Assembly: GCA_965215185.1 (NCBI GenBank)
Contig: OZ244034.1
Location: 1,376,001 to 1,440,000 of the forward strand
DNA length: 64,000 bases
DNA from: Acidimicrobiia bacterium
GTDB taxonomy: Bacteria; Actinomycetota; Acidimicrobiia; Spongiisociales; ZC4RG35
Reading direction: 5' to 3'
Position numbers and translations under genes: made by a program. How positions within the stretch are numbered: the first letter of the stretch is position 1; each line of letters opens with the position of its first letter. Positions 59,400-64,000 of the stretch are shown in pieces. Below the pieces are notes generated by a model. It did not search any database and was not told where the DNA came from. It worked only from the letters and a program-made list of their open reading frames with translations.

Positions 59400-59455
59400 T
59401 GAGGTTGTCCCGGTTTGGTGGACACCATCACGTCCACGAAAACGGGGCAACTCCA
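59400..59455. mobile_element. 56-bp IS3-like miniature element (two terminal inverted repeats only)
   Basis: TG...CA ends, 24-bp inverted repeats matching 19/24, 8-bp spacer, GTG direct repeat on both flanks. Confidence 0.7.
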
Positions 59456-59758
59456 GTGTGCCCAACGGTAAAACGCTTTGTATACCACAACACAATGCCA
59501 AATCCACTCCTCTGACCTGCTGTCCCAACTCGCACAGGTCCTGGTGGGCAAGGCTGATCCGTTTTCCCTCTTCGCGCGGGCCCGCCGCCAGACCTGCCGC
59601 CGCTGGTGCTCTACGATCTAGGTCTCGCTCCAGCTGTTCGCCTCGCCGCCGAAGAACCCCTCTCGGATAGCCAGATCGCCATCGCAGCCAACGCATGCTC
59701 GCGAGCGATCTCCAACCGTTGACTTCGAAAGCTGCGAGGACCCGCAGTGTTAAGGAAG

Positions 59759-61567
59759 TCACCCGGGGGCACTTGAGGGGACACCAGCCAATACAGAGGC
59801 CGGGGTAGCAATCCGTCCAGCGCCGCCTTCGGGGTAGCGCTCGGGTGTGATGATCCCGTTCAGGGCATCTCGGATGTAGGCCACCATCGACTGCTGAGCT
59901 GTTGTTCCCAGCCTGGTGTGTCCTCCACTGCCGAACAGATACTGGTCCCCTCCGTTGGCCAAGAAATCCACGGTGGCGACGGTTACGTGAGAAGCTCCAT
60001 CCACTACCTCTCCACTGCGCACCAGAACGGCGCCACTGTCCAATTCAATCAACAGCACCCGCTCCCCCGGAGTCACCACGGCATTGTCCTCGATAACCTG
60101 GGCAACGGCATCCGGATCGTAGACAAATCTCAACCCTGCAACCTGAGCAAAGCGGCCTGCTGAATCTTCCACTTGCGACACCGCGTTCTCCAGGAGCACC
60201 TTCAGTTGTGCAGGTGAGACATCTTCCACAACAGTCAGGATGTCGTTGAAGGGAACGATGTCGAACGTATCAAGTTCGGTCACCGGACCGGGTGGAAACA
60301 CCGAGTCGTTGCGGATGCCCCCTCCGCTAACGAAACCCACATCCGGTAGGGGAGAACCGAATCCCGATGCCAAGCTGCGGGCATTCCAAAGCACGGCGTC
60401 GGCCACGAGATCACCCAGATTGGTCTCCATGGTGCGCACACCCGGAGATCTCCGTCCATCCAGGGGGTCGGCGTTTATCCCAACCGCAGTAGCAGCCAGC
60501 TTGTCCAGAGCGGCGATCACCGGCTCTGTCACCTGGGCTTGGACTTGAGGGTCGAGCGCCACCGCATCCGGATGGCCATCGCCGGCCACCCGCACCAAGC
60601 CGCTGCCATCCCCAACTGCGGTGACATTCCCGTCGGAGTCGAGGTTCAGAACAAGCCGTCCCAAGTAGGTGTAGTCGCCGGGAGTGGTCACCACCACCAC
60701 CGGACTGCCATCCGCCAGGGTGGCGGTGATCGGATAGGCGTTGTAGGGATCTCCGTCTCCGGGCAGCAGCAAGGTTGTTTCATCGGCCAGCAGGGCGTTG
60801 CTGCCGCCAGCCACTATCGCATCCACACCCGTGAGCTCCCTGGCCAACTCGATCTCATTGTCGAGAGACTGCAGATGAGTGGAGAGAATGATGATGTCAA
60901 TCCCTTCGCTGGTGAGTCGATCGATCTCAGCCTGCAACACCTCGGTGACCATGGTGTTGACCGTCACGTTGCGAAGACTGGAGATAAAGGGCAGATCGGG
61001 AGTGGTGGCGCCGACTATTCCGATGCGGCGTCCCTCTTTGGTCACTACCACAGAGGGAGCGATCAGACCCCGGTCGACCAAAGCTTGCAGGGCCGGTTCG
61101 CCGGACATGTCAAGATTGGCGCTGATGAAAGGAGCGTTTCCGACCTCCTCGACAAGCCGAGCCACCAGGTCGGGCCCCAGATCGAACTCGTGGTTGCCGA
61201 TGGTCAGGGCGTCGTAGCCGATCAGGTTAAGGGCTATGGCGTCATAGAACGGAGCGTCCTCTGTAAGGCTGGCCGACAACTCCGGGCCGCTTAGGACGTT
61301 GTCTCCGGATGAGAGGGTGATAACCGCCGCGCCTTGCTCGAGTGCCTCCGACCGCAACTGATGCACCAGGCTGGCGAAGCGAGCCACTCCCCCGAAATTG
61401 GGGAGATCTCCTGATGCCTGGACGAGCTGTGATTCCCCATCGTTGTGGTGGAGAATCACCAGCCTGAGATCTCCCTCGCTCCGCTGCCATGTCAAGAAAG
61501 CGGCGACCAGCACGGCGACGATCAGTGGAATCAAACTCCAGCGGAGCGGTCGACCGCTATTACTCAT
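59759..61567 (-). CDS. Membrane-anchored/secreted 5'-nucleotidase (metallophosphoesterase + C-terminal domain)
   Basis: N-terminal hydrophobic helix; HHNDGES, SGDN, GNHEFD, ETNLGDLVAD, GGGIR and GGDQY motifs. Confidence 0.9.
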   Translation of the reverse strand: MSNSGRPLRWSLIPLIVAVLVAAFLTWQRSEGDLRLVILHHNDGESQLVQASGDLPNFGGVARFASLVHQLRSEALEQGAAVITLSSGDNVLSGPELSASLTEDAPFYDAIALNLIGYDALTIGNHEFDLGPDLVARLVEEVGNAPFISANLDMSGEPALQALVDRGLIAPSVVVTKEGRRIGIVGATTPDLPFISSLRNVTVNTMVTEVLQAEIDRLTSEGIDIIILSTHLQSLDNEIELARELTGVDAIVAGGSNALLADETTLLLPGDGDPYNAYPITATLADGSPVVVVTTPGDYTYLGRLVLNLDSDGNVTAVGDGSGLVRVAGDGHPDAVALDPQVQAQVTEPVIAALDKLAATAVGINADPLDGRRSPGVRTMETNLGDLVADAVLWNARSLASGFGSPLPDVGFVSGGGIRNDSVFPPGPVTELDTFDIVPFNDILTVVEDVSPAQLKVLLENAVSQVEDSAGRFAQVAGLRFVYDPDAVAQVIEDNAVVTPGERVLLIELDSGAVLVRSGEVVDGASHVTVATVDFLANGGDQYLFGSGGHTRLGTTAQQSMVAYIRDALNGIITPERYPEGGAGRIATPASVLAGVPSSAPG

Positions 61568-61622
61568 CCATACTCCCTCCTGGCAATGCGATGCGCTCAA
61601 CACCTACATAGGCGGAGTGAAC

Positions 61623-62129
61623 TTAGCCGTAAGGGTTGGCGTAAGGGCTTTCGATCTCGAACGGTCTTCCCTCTTCCCCGAACTGGATTAACTCGATCGA
61701 GATGTCGTCGGGGTCACGCAGATAACAAGTGAGAGCTCCCTCATACCTGCCCCAGGCGCAGCGGACCGGCTCCGGCGAGCGGAACTCAGCCCGCCCTCTC
61801 AAGCGTTCGTAGTCCCGATAGATATCTTCGGTCTCCAAACAGATGTGCGTGTTGCCAGCGTTGTAGGTCGCCATGTCCACTCGGCCAGGGGGCGGATTGT
61901 GGTATTGAAGCATCTCCAGCACCGTTCCACCGGGAAGTGTCCAGAACGCGCCCGACATATCGCAATTGGGGTATCCCAGGATGTCGCCCACATAGTCCTC
62001 GATTTCAGCCGCAATCCAGGTGCCCTGCATGAACGGCTCCGAGTCCAGAAAATAGCTCCACCAGGGAACCGATACCTCAAGATCCGTCACGGTGATCCCG
62101 ATGTGGTCAACCGACTTGAAACCCATCAT
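61623..62129 (-). CDS. VOC/glyoxalase family protein
   Basis: DHIGITVTDLE, LEMLQY, HICL and YLRDPDDISIEL motifs; GGAGG RBS. Confidence 0.88.
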   Translation of the reverse strand: MMGFKSVDHIGITVTDLEVSVPWWSYFLDSEPFMQGTWIAAEIEDYVGDILGYPNCDMSGAFWTLPGGTVLEMLQYHNPPPGRVDMATYNAGNTHICLETEDIYRDYERLRGRAEFRSPEPVRCAWGRYEGALTCYLRDPDDISIELIQFGEEGRPFEIESPYANPYG

Positions 62130-62435
62130 TTACCTCCGGGGCGACCCCGTCCACCACCCACTGCAGTGACGGCTTCCACCTTCGTTGTCAACACAGGGCA
62201 TGCTAGCGATGACCCTACTTGCTCGCCGGTCTGCCCTGCGGTCCTCAACTGATCTAACAGTCAGACTGATTCCGCCAGGTCCGTCGCCTGTTAAACCGAG
62301 CGCGTTCTCCTACACCAGGTGACGGCAGAAGGCTAGCCTTCAACAATGCACGAAACTTTCGCCGGCAGCGACACACCTGGGTTACGTGTCACCAACCTCT
62401 ACCAGGCCTAAGCAGAGAACAGGATTGTTCGACGA

Positions 62436-63455
62436 GTGAACCCCACTACCAAGGGGACACTTTGGGCGGTGAGCGCGGTCATCATCGGCTCTTGGCTACC
62501 CCTGTTTTACCTCTTCACCCATGTCAGCGACGACCCCTTCGTGTGGCGCTCCTGGCTATTCGCCTTCCAGGCGGCGGCGTTAGCCCCGGCGTTCGTCCTG
62601 ATTCCGACCGCCAACAAACACTGGAGAGAGAAAGCCCGCAAGCTGCTGTTCTACTGGGGAGACAGCGGAGAACCCGTTCGCATCCGAAATCCGATCGAGG
62701 TGGTTCGAACTCCAGCGTTCTGGATGGTGATCTCCTTTGCTCTCGACCTGACTTTTTGGGTCTGGGCGGCGACTCTGATCGACCCGTTGGTAGTGACCAT
62801 CATCTTCCAACTGGTGGTGATTGGAATAGTGTGGATGGCCGCCAGGCTGGGCAAAAAGCTATCCACTGGACGGCAGACCTCCCCGCACCTCATAGGTCGG
62901 AAACACTGGATGCTGATGACCCTCTCCTTCCTGGGCGCCGCCCTGGTCATCTGGGCAGAGACCGGCACGGTCAGAACCCTCAACTGGCTGGGCATCGCCT
63001 TAGCGTTCGGAAGCGCCGCTACCGCCGTCGGAAGTCTGTGGGGAACCATTTCCACCGGACGCCTCATGGGATGGCCCGGCAACAACCCGCACGATCTGGT
63101 CTGGAACTCCACCTTCTCGGCTGTGGCCGGACGGATTCTCGCCCTCCCCCTAACTCTGACGGGAAGCGTCTTGTTTTTCCCGCCGTCTGACAACAGTTTC
63201 GACCTCACGTGGACGACGGTGGGTTTCCTGAGCCTGATAGGAGCGTTCAACGCCGCCGGGGCGCTCAGCCTCCGATACTCCCTGTATGTGACCTCCAGTT
63301 TGAGCGTCCAGCGGATCATGTTCTTCTCCCCGGTCCTCCAGATGCTTTGGATATGGACTTTCGCCGAAGTTTCCATCACCAACCCCCCAGTTCTTCTGAT
63401 CGGCGCCGGGATCGTGCTCCTCTCCAATTTGGGATCGCAGACCAAAACCATTTGA
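62436..63455 (+). CDS. DMT/EamA-like 10-TM membrane transporter, copy 1
   Basis: About 10 hydrophobic helices; SPVLQMLW...E...LLIGAGIVL C-terminus. Confidence 0.7.
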   Translation: MNPTTKGTLWAVSAVIIGSWLPLFYLFTHVSDDPFVWRSWLFAFQAAALAPAFVLIPTANKHWREKARKLLFYWGDSGEPVRIRNPIEVVRTPAFWMVISFALDLTFWVWAATLIDPLVVTIIFQLVVIGIVWMAARLGKKLSTGRQTSPHLIGRKHWMLMTLSFLGAALVIWAETGTVRTLNWLGIALAFGSAATAVGSLWGTISTGRLMGWPGNNPHDLVWNSTFSAVAGRILALPLTLTGSVLFFPPSDNSFDLTWTTVGFLSLIGAFNAAGALSLRYSLYVTSSLSVQRIMFFSPVLQMLWIWTFAEVSITNPPVLLIGAGIVLLSNLGSQTKTI

Positions 63456-63751
63456 CCCAGGCCCAGATATGGCAAATGGAAGTGGCCTATACCGATTGAT
63501 GGACCGGGTTGACGGAGCGCAGTGAATCACCGCTCTTCCCCTATGACCGGACACTCTCTTCGCTCCCTTCTGATCTGACAGTCAGGCTGATCTTCGTTCG
63601 ACCCACCACCTCCCACATCGGGCATACTCCCAAGCCGGCCGACACCGGAAAGCTAACCTCCGAGAATGGACGAATCCTCGCCAGCCGCAACCCACCGGGG
63701 TCATTTGTCCCCATCCCCCACCAGACCTAAGAGAACAGGATCGTTCGACCG

Positions 63752-64000
63752 GTGAACCCAACCACCAAGGGGACACTGTGGGCCGTCAACGCGGTCGTCA
63801 CCGGCTCTTGGCTACCCCTGTTGTACCTCTTCACCCATATCAGCGACGACCCCTTCGTGTGGCGCTCCTGGTCATTCGCATTCCAGGTGATGGCGTTGGC
63901 CCCGTTGTTCCTCCTGGTTCCAACCGCCAACAAACAGTGGAGAGAGAAGGCCCGCAAGCTGCTGTTCTACTGGGGAGACAGCGGAGAACCCGTTCGCATC
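63752..64000 (+). CDS. DMT/EamA-like transporter, copy 2 (runs off window)
   Basis: GTG start; NPTTKGTLWAVNAVVTGSWLPLLYLFTH...FYWGDSGEPVRI is a close paralogue of 62436. Confidence 0.8.
   Translation, partial: MNPTTKGTLWAVNAVVTGSWLPLLYLFTHISDDPFVWRSWSFAFQVMALAPLFLLVPTANKQWREKARKLLFYWGDSGEPVRI

Larger units (their letters stand above)
62250..64000 (+). repeat. Tandem duplication (unit ~1.32 kb): 62250-62684 aligns with 63571-64000
   Basis: Coding parts are highly similar and ~185 bp of upstream sequence is still alignable. Confidence 0.85.

Noticed and set aside
62417-62432. GAAC-N6-GTTC (also near 63733) as LexA boxes
   Set aside because: Actinobacterial SOS boxes have a 4-bp spacer; these have 6.

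Overview
GC-rich (~60-65%) chromosomal window of an actinobacterium. Gene order (mraZ start-HNH-MerR-DUF3040-dinB; tlyA-nadK-recN...pyrG-NUDIX-xerD-scpA-scpB-rluB-aroA-cmk), an mshB-like gene, a TCGAAC-N4-GTTCGA SOS box and an SLH+RCC1-repeat protein suggest Acidimicrobiia, possibly host-associated (inference). Most of the window is housekeeping or metabolic: Na+-type pyrophosphatase, PolX, a pyrC-D-E-F block, fused 2-oxoacid dehydrogenase E1, an ABC exporter, a uraA/urc1-urc4-upp uracil cluster, thiolase and 5'-nucleotidase. The most notable item is a 1731-bp transposase-less IS607-like element (45553-47283) carrying only an atypical TnpB (RuvC-III His, no zinc finger). It sits at a GG core inside an fhuF-like gene that is restored exactly in frame when the element is removed, and its omegaRNA, guide and TAM can be predicted from the sequence. 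Next to it is a LexA-boxed, ImuA-less imuB(+DUF6504-like tail)-dnaE2 cassette. Other notable items: a CAD-like stand-alone dihydroorotase, a 56-bp IS3-like mini-element with a 3-bp target duplication, a tandem duplication of a DMT transporter with its upstream region, and several pseudogenes. No rRNA, tRNA or CRISPR array was recognised. All calls come from motif reading by eye, not database searches.
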